Shown: positions 1-11,372, numbered from the stretch's first letter. The stretch is DNA of 64,000 bases from an uncultured Clostridia bacterium (GCA_947623585.1 CANQHA010000006.1:56253-120252), one strand, 5' to 3'. A program made the numbers and translations. Notes: generated from the letters alone by a model not told the origin.

Positions 1-129
1 ATTCATTCTCAGCTTTCCGGAAACGTGGGCAAGGATTTTGTGACCGTTTGCGAGCTCGACCTGAAAATTCGCGTTAGGAAGCGCTTCAACAACGGTGCCT
101 TCAAGTTCGATTACATCTTCCTTTGACAT
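1..129 (-). CDS. infA: translation initiation factor IF-1 (N-terminal part; 3' end lies beyond window start)
   Basis: My reverse-complement translation from ATG at 129-127 reads [43 protein letters not shown], a typical IF-1 S1-fold N-terminus. It sits downstream of map/KOW as in Firmicute spc-alpha clusters. Confidence 0.85.
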   Translation of the reverse strand, partial: MSKEDVIELEGTVVEALPNANFQVELANGHKILAHVSGKLRMN

Positions 130-143
130 ATCCTTCTCTCCTT

Positions 144-410
144 TCAGTCTCGGTCAGGATCTTCCTCGGCGCTTCGGGTCAAAAACGCCGAAAGAATTTT
201 CCGAAGTTTTTTATCTGTCATGTCCGTCATATCCAAAACTCTGCCGGTGGGTGAAATGTGTTTGACGTTTTTCAGCTTTGGCGCCGAGAGCTTTCTCTCT
301 TTGCCGTCGGCGATGTAAACGCAGCGGTCGGACACTGCTTCCGCAACGAAGAAGCGATCCTTTTCCCGCCCGGCGAGCGCTTTGACTATGGAACCTTTGA
401 CAACTTTCAT
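144..410 (-). CDS. KOW-domain RNA-binding protein (ribosomal L14E/L6E/L27E-like small protein)
   Basis: Internal ATG of ORF 144..521 gives [22 protein letters not shown]..., the small KOW protein usually found between map and infA in Firmicutes. The longer ORF start overlaps map and lacks an RBS. Confidence 0.6.
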   Translation of the reverse strand: MKVVKGSIVKALAGREKDRFFVAEAVSDRCVYIADGKERKLSAPKLKNVKHISPTGRVLDMTDMTDKKLRKILSAFLTRSAEEDPDRD

Positions 411-421
411 ATGCGTTCTCC

Positions 422-1174
422 TCAGTCCGCAAGGGTGAGGATCTGTGCTCCGCTCGGAGTTATAGCCACCGTGTGCTCGAAATGAGCCGACAGCTTTCCG
501 TCCGCGGTCTTGACCGTCCACCCGTCGGGAAGAACTTTTATCTGAGCGGCGCCCTGATTTATCATCGGCTCTATCGCGATGACCATTCCCGGAACAAGTC
601 TCGGTCCGTGGCCCGCTCTGCCGAAATTCGGCACCTCGGGGTCTTCGTGAAGCTGCTGCCCGACGCCGTGGCCGACGAACTGGCGCACCACCGAATATCC
701 CCGCGCTTCGTTATACTCCTGAATGAGACTTGAGAGGTCGCCTATTCTCAGGCCCGGCCTTGCATAAGCTATCGCCGCCATAAGGCTTCCCTCGGTCGAT
801 TCCATAAGGGCTTCCGCCTCTTTTGAAATCTCTCCGACTGCAAACGTGCGGGCCGAATCGCCGTGATATCCGTCGATATAAGCGCCGACGTCTATCGACA
901 CGATGTCGCCTTTTTTCAGCTTCTCGGTTTTTGAAGGGATTCCGTGGATAACGGTATCGTTGACCGAGATGCAGGCGCTTGCGGGAAAGCCGTTATAGTG
1001 CAGAAACGACGGCCTCGCCCCGTGAGAGACGATATAGTCGTGCACGACCCTGTCAAGGTCATAGGTGGACATTCCCTCGTGGATCGCGTTTCCGGCGGCT
1101 TTAAGCGCTCCGCCGGTTATCTGACCCGCTTTTCTCATTTTCAGAAGCTCGTTTGTTGTTTTTACGGTAATCAT
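422..1174 (-). CDS. map: type I methionine aminopeptidase
   Basis: 250 aa. Metal-ligand context (DIVSIDVGAYIDGYHGD, GHGVG, IEPM) and position after adk. Confidence 0.9.
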   Translation of the reverse strand: MITVKTTNELLKMRKAGQITGGALKAAGNAIHEGMSTYDLDRVVHDYIVSHGARPSFLHYNGFPASACISVNDTVIHGIPSKTEKLKKGDIVSIDVGAYIDGYHGDSARTFAVGEISKEAEALMESTEGSLMAAIAYARPGLRIGDLSSLIQEYNEARGYSVVRQFVGHGVGQQLHEDPEVPNFGRAGHGPRLVPGMVIAIEPMINQGAAQIKVLPDGWTVKTADGKLSAHFEHTVAITPSGAQILTLAD

Positions 1175-1806
1175 TAAGCGTCGATCGCCTCGAGAGTAAG
1201 TCTTGAAGTGTCTGCGACTTCTTCCTGACCTATAACGGTGCGGAGCTTTCCGCGCTTTTCATAGAATTCCTTGAGCGGCGCGGTCTTCTCATGATATACC
1301 TTCAGCCTTTCAAGGACCGTCGCGGGCTCGTCGTCTTTTCTTGTGACGACCTTTCCTCCGCAGGCGTCGCAAACGCCGGGTACCTTTGTCGGCTTATAAT
1401 CGACGTGATAGGAGTTTCCGCAGGATTCGCAGACGCGTCTTCCGCCAAGCCTTGAAGCGATCTTCTCATCGGGAACGAATATCTCGATAACCTTGTCGAT
1501 ACCGACTCCCATGCGCTCAAGCGCCTCGGCCTGGGGAACGGTCCTCGGGAATCCGTCCAGAATGAAGCCGTTTTTGCAGTCGTCCTCGGCTATGCGGTCT
1601 TTGAGGATCCCGATAACGACCTCGTCGGGAACAAGCTCGCCCGCGTCCATATACTTTTTGGCGGCAAGTCCGCTTTCGGTGCCGTTTTTGACCGCCTCTC
1701 TGAGCATATTTCCGGTGGATATCGCCGGAATGCCCTTTGCGGCGCAGATCACCTCTGCCTGTGTTCCTTTGCCGGCGCCCGGTGCGCCGAGTAAAATCAG
1801 ATTCAT
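1174..1806 (-). CDS. adk: adenylate kinase (zinc-lid type)
   Basis: MNLILLGAPGAGKGTQ P-loop start at ATG 1806. CxxC...CxxC lid (CESCG...CDACGG). Follows secY. Confidence 0.9.
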   Translation of the reverse strand: MNLILLGAPGAGKGTQAEVICAAKGIPAISTGNMLREAVKNGTESGLAAKKYMDAGELVPDEVVIGILKDRIAEDDCKNGFILDGFPRTVPQAEALERMGVGIDKVIEIFVPDEKIASRLGGRRVCESCGNSYHVDYKPTKVPGVCDACGGKVVTRKDDEPATVLERLKVYHEKTAPLKEFYEKRGKLRTVIGQEEVADTSRLTLEAIDA

Positions 1807-1840
1807 GCTTGCGCTCCTTTCTGTCTTAACTGTTGTCCCT

Positions 1841-3136
1841 TTATTCAAGGAAGCCCTTGTGGTGACGCATCATAAGCTGGGATTCAAGCTGTCTTACCGT
1901 CTCAAGCGCAACGCTTACAACGATGAGGATAGAAGTTCCTCCGAGCGCCAGCGAACCGACGCCGGTTATCTGAGCGAACACTATCGGGAAGAGCGCAACG
2001 ATGCCGAGGAACAGTGCTCCGACAAGGATCAGTTTTGAAAGAATTCTCGTGATATAGTCGGAGGTGGGCTTGCCGGGACGGATTCCCGGAATGCCGCCGT
2101 TGTTCTGTCTCAGATTATTGGCGATCTCAACGGGGTTATACTGCATTGAAACGTAGAAATAGCTGAACAGGATTATGAGCAGGAAATAAAGGGTGGCGTA
2201 AACGGGGTGGGTGGTTCTGAACAGGTTCATGAAGCCCGCCCAGAATGTGCCCGCCTCGGGCTCGCCGGTGAACATCTCGATAGTCTGCGGAATGGACATG
2301 AACGACATCGCGAAGATTATCGGCAGAACGCCCGCCATGGCTATCTTTATGGGAAGATATGTCGACTGTCCGCCGTACATTTTTCTTCCGACAACGCGTT
2401 TTGCATACTGGATCGGTATTCTTCTCTCGGCGTTATCCATGAAAACGATGAATGCGACCATGAGAATGAAGATCACGATGATTATCGGAATGAGCGCGAT
2501 ATAGAACGCTCTGCCAGTCGCGGCAAGGGTTGCGAAGGTTGAGCCGAAGGAAGCCGGCAGGTTTGCGACTATTCCCGCGAACAAAAGCATTGAAATGCCG
2601 TTTCCGATACCGTGTCTGTCGATCTGCGCTCCGAGCCAGATGACCAACATTCCGCCGGCGGTGAAGCAGGCGATAATGACTATCTCGGCCATGACCTTTG
2701 AGAAGCCGGAGGTATAAGTCAGCGCTCCGGTGTTTTTCAGGGTGATATAATAGGCCCAAGACTGGAACAGCGCTATGCCCAAGGTTGTGTATTTTGTGAT
2801 TTTGTCCAGCTTTGCTCTTCCGGTTTCGCCCTCTTTTGCCAATCTTTCAAGGGCGGGGATAGCAAAGGTTAAAAGCTGAATGATGATCTGCGCGTTGATA
2901 TAAGGCGTGATGGAGAGGCACATAAGAGTGGCTCTTGAGAAGGTTCCGCCCGAGAGAACGTTCAGATAGCTGAAGATGTTTCCGCTGTCGCCGATCATTT
3001 CGCCAATGGCCGAGGCGTCAAGAAAAGGCACAGGAATGTAGCCGCCCAGCCGATAGATGATAACGATGAAGAGGGTGAAGAACAGTTTTTTTCTGATCTC
3101 TTCGACCTTCCAAGCGTTTTTTAACGTCTGAAACAC
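1841..3136 (-). CDS. secY: preprotein translocase subunit SecY
   Basis: 431 aa polytopic membrane protein in canonical position after rplO. Confidence 0.95.
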   Translation of the reverse strand: MFQTLKNAWKVEEIRKKLFFTLFIVIIYRLGGYIPVPFLDASAIGEMIGDSGNIFSYLNVLSGGTFSRATLMCLSITPYINAQIIIQLLTFAIPALERLAKEGETGRAKLDKITKYTTLGIALFQSWAYYITLKNTGALTYTSGFSKVMAEIVIIACFTAGGMLVIWLGAQIDRHGIGNGISMLLFAGIVANLPASFGSTFATLAATGRAFYIALIPIIIVIFILMVAFIVFMDNAERRIPIQYAKRVVGRKMYGGQSTYLPIKIAMAGVLPIIFAMSFMSIPQTIEMFTGEPEAGTFWAGFMNLFRTTHPVYATLYFLLIILFSYFYVSMQYNPVEIANNLRQNNGGIPGIRPGKPTSDYITRILSKLILVGALFLGIVALFPIVFAQITGVGSLALGGTSILIVVSVALETVRQLESQLMMRHHKGFLE

Positions 3137-3137
3137 C

Positions 3138-3578
3138 TTAGACCACCTCTGCCTCTCCGCCGGCTTTCTCTATCTTCTCCTTAGCAGAGGCAGAGAAAGC
3201 GGCTGCTTTCACAGTCAGCTTCTTGGTGAGTTCGCCGTTTCCGAGAACCTTGACTCCGTCGTTTTCTTTCTTGATAACTCCGGCGGCCTTCAAAAGCTCG
3301 GCGTCAACCGTTGTTCCGTCAACGAATTTTTCGAGGTCGGAAACGTTGATTGCAGTGTATTCAGTCGCAAAGATGTTGTTGAATCCCCTCTTAGGAATTC
3401 TTCTTGCGAGTCTTGTCTGTCCGCCTTCAAAGCCGGGTCTTACTCCGCCGCCTGAGCGAGCGTTCTGACCTTTATGTCCCTTGGCTGCGGTTTTGCCCCA
3501 GCCCGAGCCATGACCTCTGCCGACTCTTTTTGCTTCGCGAGTCGAGCCTTCGGCGGGCGCCAATTCATGCAATTTCAT
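3138..3578 (-). CDS. rplO: 50S ribosomal protein L15
   Basis: [12 protein letters not shown]...GRGHGSG motif; synteny. Confidence 0.95.
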   Translation of the reverse strand: MKLHELAPAEGSTREAKRVGRGHGSGWGKTAAKGHKGQNARSGGGVRPGFEGGQTRLARRIPKRGFNNIFATEYTAINVSDLEKFVDGTTVDAELLKAAGVIKKENDGVKVLGNGELTKKLTVKAAAFSASAKEKIEKAGGEAEVV

Positions 3579-3597
3579 TTGCTACACCTCCTTAATA

Positions 3598-3774
3598 TTA
3601 TTCTTCGGTAACTTTGATCAGGTGTACGATCTTGGTGATTTTACCTTTTGTCTGCCCATTGTCGGGCTGAACCGTAACGTCGCCGATCTTGCGAAGTCCG
3701 AGAGAATTGGCGGTAGCTATCTGCTCCTTAAGTCTGCCGTTAAGGCTTTTTACAAGCTCGATTTTAAGCGCCAT
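3598..3774 (-). CDS. rpmD: 50S ribosomal protein L30
   Basis: Not in the ORF track (58 aa). My translation is [58 protein letters not shown]. The ATG overlaps the rpsE stop (ATGA). Confidence 0.85.
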   Translation of the reverse strand: MALKIELVKSLNGRLKEQIATANSLGLRKIGDVTVQPDNGQTKGKITKIVHLIKVTEE

Positions 3775-4292
3775 CAGTTCTCTCCCCCTTCGGTTTTGAA
3801 TATTTCTTTAACGGTCTTTCCGCGCTTTGCGGCGACTTCGTCGGCCGATTTGAGCGACTGGAGCCCGTTAAAGGTTGCTCTGACAACGTTGCAAGGGTTG
3901 TTTGAACGAAGCGATTTCGTTCTGATATCTTTGATGCCCGCTGCCTCGATGACTGCGCGGACAGGGCCGCCGGCGATAACTCCGGTACCTGCTGCGGCGG
4001 GTCTGAGCAAAACTCTTCCCGCGCCGTAAATTCCGACGACGTCATGAGGAATGGTGGTTCCCTTGAGCGGGATCTTTATAAGGTTCTTCTTAGCGTCCTC
4101 AATGCCTTTGCGAATGGCATCGGGAACTTCGCTTGACTTGCCGATTCCGAAGCCGACTATTCCGTTTCCGTCTCCGACGACCATCAGCGCGGAGAATTTC
4201 ATGATGCGTCCGCCCTTAACGGTTTTGGAAACGCGGTTTATCGCGACGGGCTTCTCAACAAGCTCTAATTTTGAAGCGTCAATAATTGCCAA
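3774..4292 (-). CDS. rpsE: 30S ribosomal protein S5
   Basis: 172 aa; VSKTVKGGR motif; synteny. Confidence 0.95.
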   Translation of the reverse strand: MAIIDASKLELVEKPVAINRVSKTVKGGRIMKFSALMVVGDGNGIVGFGIGKSSEVPDAIRKGIEDAKKNLIKIPLKGTTIPHDVVGIYGAGRVLLRPAAAGTGVIAGGPVRAVIEAAGIKDIRTKSLRSNNPCNVVRATFNGLQSLKSADEVAAKRGKTVKEIFKTEGGEN

Positions 4293-4309
4293 AACATTTA
4301 CCTCCCTTT

Positions 4310-4669
4310 TCAGAACTTAAGTCCGCCTTCGCGGGCGCCGTCAGCCAAAGCCGCGACGCGGCCGTGATATACGTAACCGCCTCTGTCGAAAACGACCTCT
4401 TCGATTCCGTTCTTTTTGCAAAGCTCTGCGATCATTTCGCCGACCTTTTTCGCGCCTTCAACGTTTGCGCCGCTTCCCTCGAAGCCTTTGGACATGCTTG
4501 AGGCTGCGCAGAGGGTTTTTCCGGTGGCGTCGTCAATAACCTGAGCATAGATATGCTTTGCGGAGCGGAAAACGTTCAGGCGAGGGCAGGTGCTTGTGCC
4601 GCTTATTTTCGAGCGGACTCTGAGATGGCGGTGAGCTCTTGCCTTGGCTCTGTCAATAGTTTTTACCAT
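4310..4669 (-). CDS. rplR: 50S ribosomal protein L18
   Basis: 119 aa; RLNVFRS...IYAQVIDD motif; synteny. Confidence 0.95.
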   Translation of the reverse strand: MVKTIDRAKARAHRHLRVRSKISGTSTCPRLNVFRSAKHIYAQVIDDATGKTLCAASSMSKGFEGSGANVEGAKKVGEMIAELCKKNGIEEVVFDRGGYVYHGRVAALADGAREGGLKF

Positions 4670-4686
4670 AGCTTAGTCTCCTTTAG

Positions 4687-5238
4687 TTACTTCTTTGCGC
4701 CTTTGCCGGCCTTTCCGGCCTTGCGGACGATGACCTCGCCGTCGTAGCGAATGCCCTTGCCCTTATAAGGCTCGGGCGGGCGTTTTGCTCTGACTTCGCA
4801 GGCAAACTGTCCGACTTCCTGTTTGTCGATCCCCTTGACAAGGATCTGGTTGGGCTGCGGAACTTCCAGCTTGATGGAATCGGTCTCGGAGACTACGACC
4901 TGATGCGAGTATCCGAGGTTGAGGATAACGTCTTTTCCCTGCTTGGCGGCGCGATATCCGGTGCCCTCGATTATGAGCAGCTTTGAATATCCGTTCACGA
5001 CGCCTTCGACCATGTTGTTGACGAGGGTCCTTGTAAGTCCGTGGAGAGACTTTGAAAGCTGCTCGTCATTGGGGCGGGAGACTTTGACTTCGCCGTTCTC
5101 AACGGTTATGCCGAGAAGCGGGCTGAAGGTTTTTGTGATCGTGCCCTTGGGGCCTTTAACTGTTACAACGTTTCCGTCGGCAACGGTTATCTCAACGCCC
5201 GCGGGGACAGCGATAGGTTTTAATCCTATTCTTGACAT
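4687..5238 (-). CDS. rplF: 50S ribosomal protein L6
   Basis: MSRIGLKPIAVPAGVEI start; synteny. Confidence 0.95.
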   Translation of the reverse strand: MSRIGLKPIAVPAGVEITVADGNVVTVKGPKGTITKTFSPLLGITVENGEVKVSRPNDEQLSKSLHGLTRTLVNNMVEGVVNGYSKLLIIEGTGYRAAKQGKDVILNLGYSHQVVVSETDSIKLEVPQPNQILVKGIDKQEVGQFACEVRAKRPPEPYKGKGIRYDGEVIVRKAGKAGKGAKK

Positions 5239-5250
5239 AATGCGTCCTCC

Positions 5251-5649
5251 TTACCAGACGAATGCGAGAATCTCGCCGCCAACGCCGAGCTCGCGGGCCT
5301 TGCGGTCGGTCACGATTCCCTTTGACGTTGAAACGATTGCGACGCCGAGACCTTTCATGACCTTCGGCATATCCTCACAGCTTGAGTAAATTCTCAGACC
5401 GGGCTTTGAAACTCTTCTGAGGCCGGAGATTACGGGCGTCTTATTCTCATCGTATTTAAGTGTTATTCTTATGATTCCCTGCTTGCCGTCCTCGACGATC
5501 TGATATCCCTTGATATAGCCTTCGGAAAGAAGGATCTCGGTTATCGCCTTTTTAACGTTGGAAGCGGGAACATCGACAGTAGCGTGCTTTGCTGAGCTTG
5601 CGTTGCGGATTCTTGTCAGCAAATCGGCTATCGTATCAGTGATCTGCAT
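5251..5649 (-). CDS. rpsH: 30S ribosomal protein S8
   Basis: [13 protein letters not shown] motif; synteny. Confidence 0.95.
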   Translation of the reverse strand: MQITDTIADLLTRIRNASSAKHATVDVPASNVKKAITEILLSEGYIKGYQIVEDGKQGIIRITLKYDENKTPVISGLRRVSKPGLRIYSSCEDMPKVMKGLGVAIVSTSKGIVTDRKARELGVGGEILAFVW

Positions 5650-5672
5650 ACTGTTTTGCCTCCTTTGTGGTT

Positions 5673-5858
5673 TTACCAGCTTGCCTTCTTAACGCCGGGG
5701 ATCTGACCGTCGTGTGCGAGTTCTCTGAAGCAAATTCGGCAGATGCCGAACTTGCGAAGATAAGCGTGGGGTCTGCCGCAGATCTTGCACCTGTTATAAG
5801 CGCGGGTGGAGAACTTTGGCTTTGCCTGCTGCTTTAAAATCATTGATTTTTTAGCCAT
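5673..5858 (-). CDS. rpsN: 30S ribosomal protein S14, zinc-binding type Z
   Basis: 61 aa with CKICGRP...CRICFRE zinc ribbon. Confidence 0.95.
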   Translation of the reverse strand: MAKKSMILKQQAKPKFSTRAYNRCKICGRPHAYLRKFGICRICFRELAHDGQIPGVKKASW

Positions 5859-5873
5859 ACTGATCCTCCTTAA

Positions 5874-6413
5874 TTACTTGGCGAAGGGAGCGCCCAGCAT
5901 TGAAAGCAGCTCCTTGGCTTCTTCGTCGGTCTTGGCAGTTGTGATGAAGTTAATGTCCATTCCGCGGACCTTATCGATCTTGTCGAACTCGATCTCGGGG
6001 AAGATGAGCTGTTCTTTGATTCCGGTGGAGTAATTTCCTCTGCCGTCAAAAGAATTGGGGCTGATTCCCTTGAAATCGCGAACGCGCGGGAAAGCGACGT
6101 TGAAGAGACGGTCGATGAATTCATACATCTTGTCTGATCTGAGAGTAACTTTAACTCCGATGGGCATTCCTTCGCGGAGCTTAAAGTTTGCGACGCTCTT
6201 CTTCGCCTTGCAGACAATGGGCTTCTGGCCGGTGATCGCCGAGAGGTCGGTGACTACCGCGTCAACTACCTTGGAGTTTTCTTTGGCTTCGCCGCAGCCG
6301 ACATTGATAACGACCTTGTCGAGCTTCGGGATCTGCATTACGTTTTTATAGCCGAACTTTTTCATAAGCGCGGGGGCTATATCGCTGACATATAAATCTT
6401 TAAGTCTTGCCAC
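5874..6413 (-). CDS. rplE: 50S ribosomal protein L5
   Basis: GTG start at 6413 (VARLKDLY...) preceded by AGGAGGA. The longer ORF start overlaps rplX. Confidence 0.9.
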   Translation of the reverse strand: MARLKDLYVSDIAPALMKKFGYKNVMQIPKLDKVVINVGCGEAKENSKVVDAVVTDLSAITGQKPIVCKAKKSVANFKLREGMPIGVKVTLRSDKMYEFIDRLFNVAFPRVRDFKGISPNSFDGRGNYSTGIKEQLIFPEIEFDKIDKVRGMDINFITTAKTDEEAKELLSMLGAPFAK

Positions 6414-6427
6414 TGTATATATCCTCC

Positions 6428-6748
6428 TTACTTGATCTCGGCGCCGCAGCGTTTGCAAACTCTGACCTTGTTTCCGTCGTCGTCAAGTTTAACGCCGTAT
6501 CTTACGCCGCGCGAGCATTTCGGGCACCAAAGCGCTACCTTTGAGGAATACATCGCGGCCTCGGCCTTGACTATTCCGCCCTGCTCGCCCTGTCTGCGGG
6601 GCTTGACTGACTTTGTCGCCATATTGCAGCCCTCGACTATGAGCTTGCCCTCTTTCGGAGAAACGGCAAGGACGTTTCCTCTTTTGCCCTTGTCTTTTCC
6701 GCTGAGGATGACCACTGAGTCGCCGGTTTTAACGTGAATTTTGTTCAT
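6428..6748 (-). CDS. rplX: 50S ribosomal protein L24
   Basis: KOW motif [13 protein letters not shown]; synteny. Confidence 0.95.
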   Translation of the reverse strand: MNKIHVKTGDSVVILSGKDKGKRGNVLAVSPKEGKLIVEGCNMATKSVKPRRQGEQGGIVKAEAAMYSSKVALWCPKCSRGVRYGVKLDDDGNKVRVCKRCGAEIK

Positions 6749-6761
6749 ATTCGGCTCCTCC

Positions 6762-7130
6762 TTAAAGTACCTCGGGGGCCAAAGACATGATCTTTACGAA
6801 ATCATGGTCTCTGAGTTCTCTGGCAACAAGGCCAAAGATACGGGTTCCCCTCGGAGTTTTATCATCTCTGATTATAACGGCTGCGTTTTCGTCGAAACGG
6901 ATATAGGTTCCGTCATCGCGGCGCAAGCCCTTTGTTGAACGAACAATTACTGCTTTAACTACGTCGCCTTTCTTGACCATGCCGCCGGGAGCCGCTTTTT
7001 TAACGGAAGCGACGACGACATCGCCGATATTGGCGTACTTGCGGCGAGTGCCGCCCAAGACTCTTATGCACATGAGCTCTTTCGCGCCCGTATTGTCTGC
7101 GACTTTGAGTCTGGTCTGCATTTGTATCAC
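6762..7130 (-). CDS. rplN: 50S ribosomal protein L14
   Basis: [21 protein letters not shown] motif. Confidence 0.95.
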   Translation of the reverse strand: MIQMQTRLKVADNTGAKELMCIRVLGGTRRKYANIGDVVVASVKKAAPGGMVKKGDVVKAVIVRSTKGLRRDDGTYIRFDENAAVIIRDDKTPRGTRIFGLVARELRDHDFVKIMSLAPEVL

Positions 7131-7176
7131 AGCAAGTTCCTCCTTTCAATTACACGTTTTTGATTTGTCCGGCAAA

Positions 7177-7434
7177 TCACTTTGCCTGCTCGATGACCTT
7201 GACAAGGCGCCATCTTTTTTCTTTGGAAAGAGGGCGGGTCTCCATGATCTGAACGGTATCGCCGACGTGGGCGGTATTCTCTTCGTCATGAGCCTTGAGC
7301 TTTACGGTCCTTTTGATGATCTTCTTGTAAAGAGAATGCATTACGTTGTCCTCAATGGCGACGACTATCGTCTTGTCCATTTTATCTGAAACGACCTTGC
7401 CGACTCTTGTTTTTCTTAAATTTCTTTCGCTCAT
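7177..7434 (-). CDS. rpsQ: 30S ribosomal protein S17
   Basis: 85 aa; [14 protein letters not shown] motif. Confidence 0.95.
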   Translation of the reverse strand: MSERNLRKTRVGKVVSDKMDKTIVVAIEDNVMHSLYKKIIKRTVKLKAHDEENTAHVGDTVQIMETRPLSKEKRWRLVKVIEQAK

Positions 7435-7453
7435 TGTGTGCTCCTCCTCTCAA

Positions 7454-7645
7454 TCACTCGGATTCCCGCTGGCGAATGAAGGTCATCACGCGTGCGATAT
7501 CCTTCTTGACCGCCTTGATCCTCATCGGATTGTCGAGCTGGTTGACGGTGTGCTGAAAACGGAGGTTAAAAAGCTCTTCGCGAAGGTCGGCGAGCTTATT
7601 CTGCATCTCGACAAGAGTCATTTCTTTGATTTCGCTTGTTTTCAT
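7454..7645 (-). CDS. rpmC: 50S ribosomal protein L29
   Basis: 63 aa; LREELFNLRFQ motif. Confidence 0.95.
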   Translation of the reverse strand: MKTSEIKEMTLVEMQNKLADLREELFNLRFQHTVNQLDNPMRIKAVKKDIARVMTFIRQRESE

Positions 7646-8067
7646 TACTGCTCACCCTCCTCTTGCTTTTTAACGAACTTGCACTTGATAGGCAGCTTGT
7701 GCGCCGCAAGACGCATGGCTTCCTTGGCAACGTCCTCGCTTACGCCTGCAATTTCAAACATTACCTTGCCGGGCTTAACGACTGCGACCCAGAACTCGGG
7801 GGTTCCTTTACCTGAACCCATTCTCGTTCCCAACGCCTTGGTGGTTACCGGCTTGTCGGGGAAGATCTTTATCCAAACCTGACCGCCGCGCTTGATGTAA
7901 CGCGTCATGGCGATACGGGCGGCTTCGATCTGAGCCGAGGTGATCCACGAGGGCTCGAGCGCCTGAAGTCCGTACTCGCCGTAGGCTACGAAGTTGCCTC
8001 TTGTGGCCTTGCCGGTCATTCTTCCGCGGTGCTGTTTGCGGTGTTTAACTCTCTTTGGAAGTAACAT
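7645..8067 (-). CDS. rplP: 50S ribosomal protein L16
   Basis: [17 protein letters not shown] start. Confidence 0.95.
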   Translation of the reverse strand: MLLPKRVKHRKQHRGRMTGKATRGNFVAYGEYGLQALEPSWITSAQIEAARIAMTRYIKRGGQVWIKIFPDKPVTTKALGTRMGSGKGTPEFWVAVVKPGKVMFEIAGVSEDVAKEAMRLAAHKLPIKCKFVKKQEEGEQ

Positions 8068-8834
8068 TATTTATTACCTCCTTCTCTTTTGTTTTCCCCT
8101 CTCTGAGGACGGTTTTCGTTCCTCGGACGGCGGGGCCTGTCGTCTCCGCTGCGGGGACGGCGGGGTTTTCTTGAATCGGGCTTCTCCTCGTGCTGAGCGG
8201 CTTCGCCCTTGAGGACTTCGCCCTTATAGATCCAGACCTTTACGCCGATCCTTCCGTAAGTGGTGGCGGCTTCTGCGGTGCCGTAATCAATGTCGGCGCG
8301 GATAGTCTGAAGGGGAATGGTCCCCTCGTGATAAGTCTCGCTTCTTGCGATCTCCGCCCCGCCGAGACGGCCCGACGCCTTGGTCTTGATTCCCTTTGCG
8401 CCGAGCTTCATGGCTCTGCCGATTGCGCCCTTCATGGCTCTTCTGAAAGCGACTCGGTTTTCAAGGTCGAGCGCGATCCTTTCGGCGACGAGCTGAGCGT
8501 TAAGGTCGGGCGATTTCACCTCAAAGATATTGAGCGAAACGGTTTTGCCGATCTTCTTTTCGATATCGCTTCTCAGCTTCTCGATAGCCTCGCCTCCCCT
8601 GCCGATAACATGGCCGGGCTTGGCGCAATGAATATTGATTTTGACTTTGTCCGCAAATCTCTCGATTTCGATGCGCGGAACACCTGCGGAATAAAGATTC
8701 TTCTTGATGTAATTACGGATGTTGTAATCTTCAACAAGGGTGTCGCCGAAAGTGCTTTTATCTGCAAACCAGCGGGAATCCCAATCCTTGATGATACCGA
8801 CGCGCAAACCGTGCGGATTAACCTTTTGTCCCAT
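8067..8834 (-). CDS. rpsC: 30S ribosomal protein S3 (with roughly 40-aa basic R/P/E-rich C-terminal tail)
   Basis: [13 protein letters not shown] start and KH domain. The tail ...[33 protein letters not shown] extends beyond the usual S3 length. Confidence 0.95.
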   Translation of the reverse strand: MGQKVNPHGLRVGIIKDWDSRWFADKSTFGDTLVEDYNIRNYIKKNLYSAGVPRIEIERFADKVKINIHCAKPGHVIGRGGEAIEKLRSDIEKKIGKTVSLNIFEVKSPDLNAQLVAERIALDLENRVAFRRAMKGAIGRAMKLGAKGIKTKASGRLGGAEIARSETYHEGTIPLQTIRADIDYGTAEAATTYGRIGVKVWIYKGEVLKGEAAQHEEKPDSRKPRRPRSGDDRPRRPRNENRPQRGENKREGGNK

Positions 8835-8854
8835 AGTTTACCTCCTCTTCCGAC

Positions 8855-9190
8855 TTATTCCTTTTCCTTGAGAACCAGCGTTACATGAGAGGTTCTCTTA
8901 AGGATCCTGGCGGCACTGCCCTTTGCCCTTGCGTGAATTCTCTTTAATGTGGGGCCGGGGCAAACAAAACATTCCGACACATAGAGATTCGTTTTGTCCA
9001 TGTGGAAGTTGTTTTCGGCGTTTGCGGCGGCCGAGTTAAGGAGCTTGATGAGATATTCGCACGCAGACTTCGGAGTGTGCTTCAGTATGGCGAGGGCTGT
9101 TTCATAGTCCCTGCCTCTTATAAGGTTGAGAACGATTTCAACCTTACGGGGAGCAATACGGGCATTTCTGAGTATTGCCTTAGCTTCCAT
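8855..9190 (-). CDS. rplV: 50S ribosomal protein L22
   Basis: 111 aa; synteny; ARIAPRKV motif. Confidence 0.95.
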   Translation of the reverse strand: MEAKAILRNARIAPRKVEIVLNLIRGRDYETALAILKHTPKSACEYLIKLLNSAAANAENNFHMDKTNLYVSECFVCPGPTLKRIHARAKGSAARILKRTSHVTLVLKEKE

Positions 9191-9210
9191 TTGAATTTCC
9201 TCCTTTCGGT

Positions 9211-9492
9211 CTATTTGCCGTTATTGGACGTTTTCGAGCCGGCGTGACCCTTGAAGGTTCTTGTCGGAGCGAATTCGCCGAGCCTGTGCCCGACCATATC
9301 CTCGGTGATATAAACCGGAACGTGCTTGCGTCCGTCGTGGACGGCAAATGTATGACCAACGAAATCAGGGAAGATAACAGAAGCGCGGCTCCATGTTTTT
9401 ATTGCCTTTTTCTCTCCCGTTTCGTTCATAGCGATGACCTTTTTGTAGAGTGAGTCCTGCACAAAAGGTCCTTTTTTAACACTTCTACCCAT
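9211..9492 (-). CDS. rpsS: 30S ribosomal protein S19
   Basis: [11 protein letters not shown] start. Confidence 0.95.
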   Translation of the reverse strand: MGRSVKKGPFVQDSLYKKVIAMNETGEKKAIKTWSRASVIFPDFVGHTFAVHDGRKHVPVYITEDMVGHRLGEFAPTRTFKGHAGSKTSNNGK

Positions 9493-9515
9493 TGTTCATC
9501 TGCCTCCTTTCGGCA

Positions 9516-10349
9516 TTACTTCGCATTGCGGCGCTTAACGATATACTTATCGGAGCGGTTGTGCTTTGCCCTTGTCTTATAGCCGAGGGCGGGCTTGCCC
9601 CAAGGAGTTACCGGTGAAGGATGACCGACGGGCGATTTTCCCTCGCCGCCGCCGTGCGGGTGGTCGCAGGGGTTCATGACCGAGCCTCTGACGGTAGGTC
9701 TTACGCCCATGTGGCGTTTTCTTCCCGCCTTGCCGATGTGAACGTTTTCGTGGTCGATGTTTCCGACCTGCCCGACCGTCGCCATGCAGTTGGAGGGGAT
9801 ATATCTCATTTCGCCGGAGGGAAGACGGACCAAAACCTTGTCGCCCTCGCGTCCCATGAGCTGAGCCATGTTGCCGGCCGCGCGGACAAGCTGCGCGCCC
9901 TTGCCGGGATAAAGCTCGATGTTGTGAATGAAGGTTCCGACCGGAATGTTGATGAGAGGAAGCGCGTTGCCGGGCTTGATGTCGGCCGCTGCTCCGGCGC
10001 AGACGGTGTCGCCCACGCTGAGGCCGTTCGGGGCGAGGATATATCTCTTTTCGCCGTCCTCATACTGAATGAGGGCGATGTGAGCCGAACGGTTGGGATC
10101 GTATTCGAGAGAAAGAACGGTGGCGTTCATGTCCAGCTTGTTTCTCTTGAAATCGATCACACGGTATTTTCTTCTTTCGCCGCCGCCGTGATGACGAACG
10201 GTGATCCTGCCATAGCTGTTTCTGCCCGAGGTCTTCTTCATGGGTTCGAGAAGGCTCTTTTCGGGCGCGACTTTTGAAAGAACGCTGTAATCGGTGACTG
10301 TCATGCCGCGGCGTCCGTTCGTTGTCGGCTTGTAGCTTTTTATAGCCAT
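9516..10349 (-). CDS. rplB: 50S ribosomal protein L2
   Basis: 277 aa; GGGEGK..HP motif. Confidence 0.95.
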   Translation of the reverse strand: MAIKSYKPTTNGRRGMTVTDYSVLSKVAPEKSLLEPMKKTSGRNSYGRITVRHHGGGERRKYRVIDFKRNKLDMNATVLSLEYDPNRSAHIALIQYEDGEKRYILAPNGLSVGDTVCAGAAADIKPGNALPLINIPVGTFIHNIELYPGKGAQLVRAAGNMAQLMGREGDKVLVRLPSGEMRYIPSNCMATVGQVGNIDHENVHIGKAGRKRHMGVRPTVRGSVMNPCDHPHGGGEGKSPVGHPSPVTPWGKPALGYKTRAKHNRSDKYIVKRRNAK

Positions 10350-10452
10350 GTGTTTTCACTCCTATTTCTAAGGTTTTGCGGGAGATGCCTCCCATACTTG
10401 GCTTCGGCGCTTAAAAGCCCGAAGCGCCCTGCCTGTTTCTTTTGCGGGTCAA

Positions 10453-10749
10453 TCAGATCATTCCGTCGAAGAACGAGATGGTCTTTGAACCCTCGGCAAG
10501 GGTGACGACTGCCTTTTTCCACGAAGGAGTGGTTCCCTCGTATCTGCCCATTCTGCGGTTTTTGCCTCTCATGCGAACGGTGTTGACCTTTGCGACCTTG
10601 ACGCCGAAGATGTTTTCGACAGCGTCCTTGATCTCGTGCTTATTGGCGGTCTTCATGACTCTGAAAGTATACTTTCCGTGTCTTAAAGCGTCCATCGAAG
10701 CCTCGGTGATAACGGGCTTGAGAATAATATCCTGAGGTGTTTTAACCAT
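10453..10749 (-). CDS. rplW: 50S ribosomal protein L23
   Basis: 98 aa; synteny between rplD and rplB. Confidence 0.9.
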   Translation of the reverse strand: MVKTPQDIILKPVITEASMDALRHGKYTFRVMKTANKHEIKDAVENIFGVKVAKVNTVRMRGKNRRMGRYEGTTPSWKKAVVTLAEGSKTISFFDGMI

Positions 10750-11372
10750 TAGCAGTATACCTCCTCGATTTTTGCAACGGCGTCCTTGACGACGATGAAT
10801 TTATCGTGGCCGAGAATGTCGTAAACGTTGAGAGTGTTTACAAGCGCGGTCTTAACTCCGGGGATATTTCTCGCGCTCTTGATGAGCTTTTCATCGACGC
10901 CGGTGTTGACGATAAGGGCCTTTTTGTCGGCTCCGAGCGCTTTAAGCATTTCGGTGACGTTTTTGGTCTTTATTCCGTCAAACTCGATGACGTTGAGAAC
11001 GATGACGTCTCCCTCGGCGAGTTTTGTTGAAAGCGCGGATTTCATCGCAAGCCTTCTGACCTTTTTATTAACGGTGAAGCGATAGCTTCTCGGCTTCGGT
11101 CCGAGGGCGACTCCGCCGTGAGTCCACTGGGGCGAGCGGGTCGAGCCCTGTCTTGCGCGTCCGGTTCCCTTCTGTCTCCACGGCTTTCTTCCGCCGCCCG
11201 AGACTTCGGTTCTGGTGAGAGTGGACTGTGTGCCCTGCCTCTGATTCGCAAGATAGTTGACTACCATTGCGTGCATTACGGGAACGTTGGGTTCAACGCC
11301 CCAGATAGCGTCGTTAAGCTCAGTGTCGGCAACGACGTTGCCCTTGATATCGTATACGGAAATCTTAGACAT
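10749..11372 (-). CDS. rplD: 50S ribosomal protein L4
   Basis: ATG at 11372 (MSKISVYDIKG) with GGAGGAA RBS; SGGGRKPWRQKGTGRAR motif. Confidence 0.95.
   Translation of the reverse strand: MSKISVYDIKGNVVADTELNDAIWGVEPNVPVMHAMVVNYLANQRQGTQSTLTRTEVSGGGRKPWRQKGTGRARQGSTRSPQWTHGGVALGPKPRSYRFTVNKKVRRLAMKSALSTKLAEGDVIVLNVIEFDGIKTKNVTEMLKALGADKKALIVNTGVDEKLIKSARNIPGVKTALVNTLNVYDILGHDKFIVVKDAVAKIEEVYC

Noticed and set aside
9621-10277. Long antisense ORFs opposite well-supported genes (for example 9621-10277 + opposite rplB, 15955-17208 + opposite SBP paralog 1, 27389-28114 - opposite mreB, 34952-35578 - opposite aspS, 44869-45618 - opposite the M23 gene)
   Set aside because: They overlap genes with unmistakable conserved motifs. 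They have low-complexity or Arg/Gly/Ser-rich composition typical of shadow frames in GC-rich DNA, and they lack RBS sequences.
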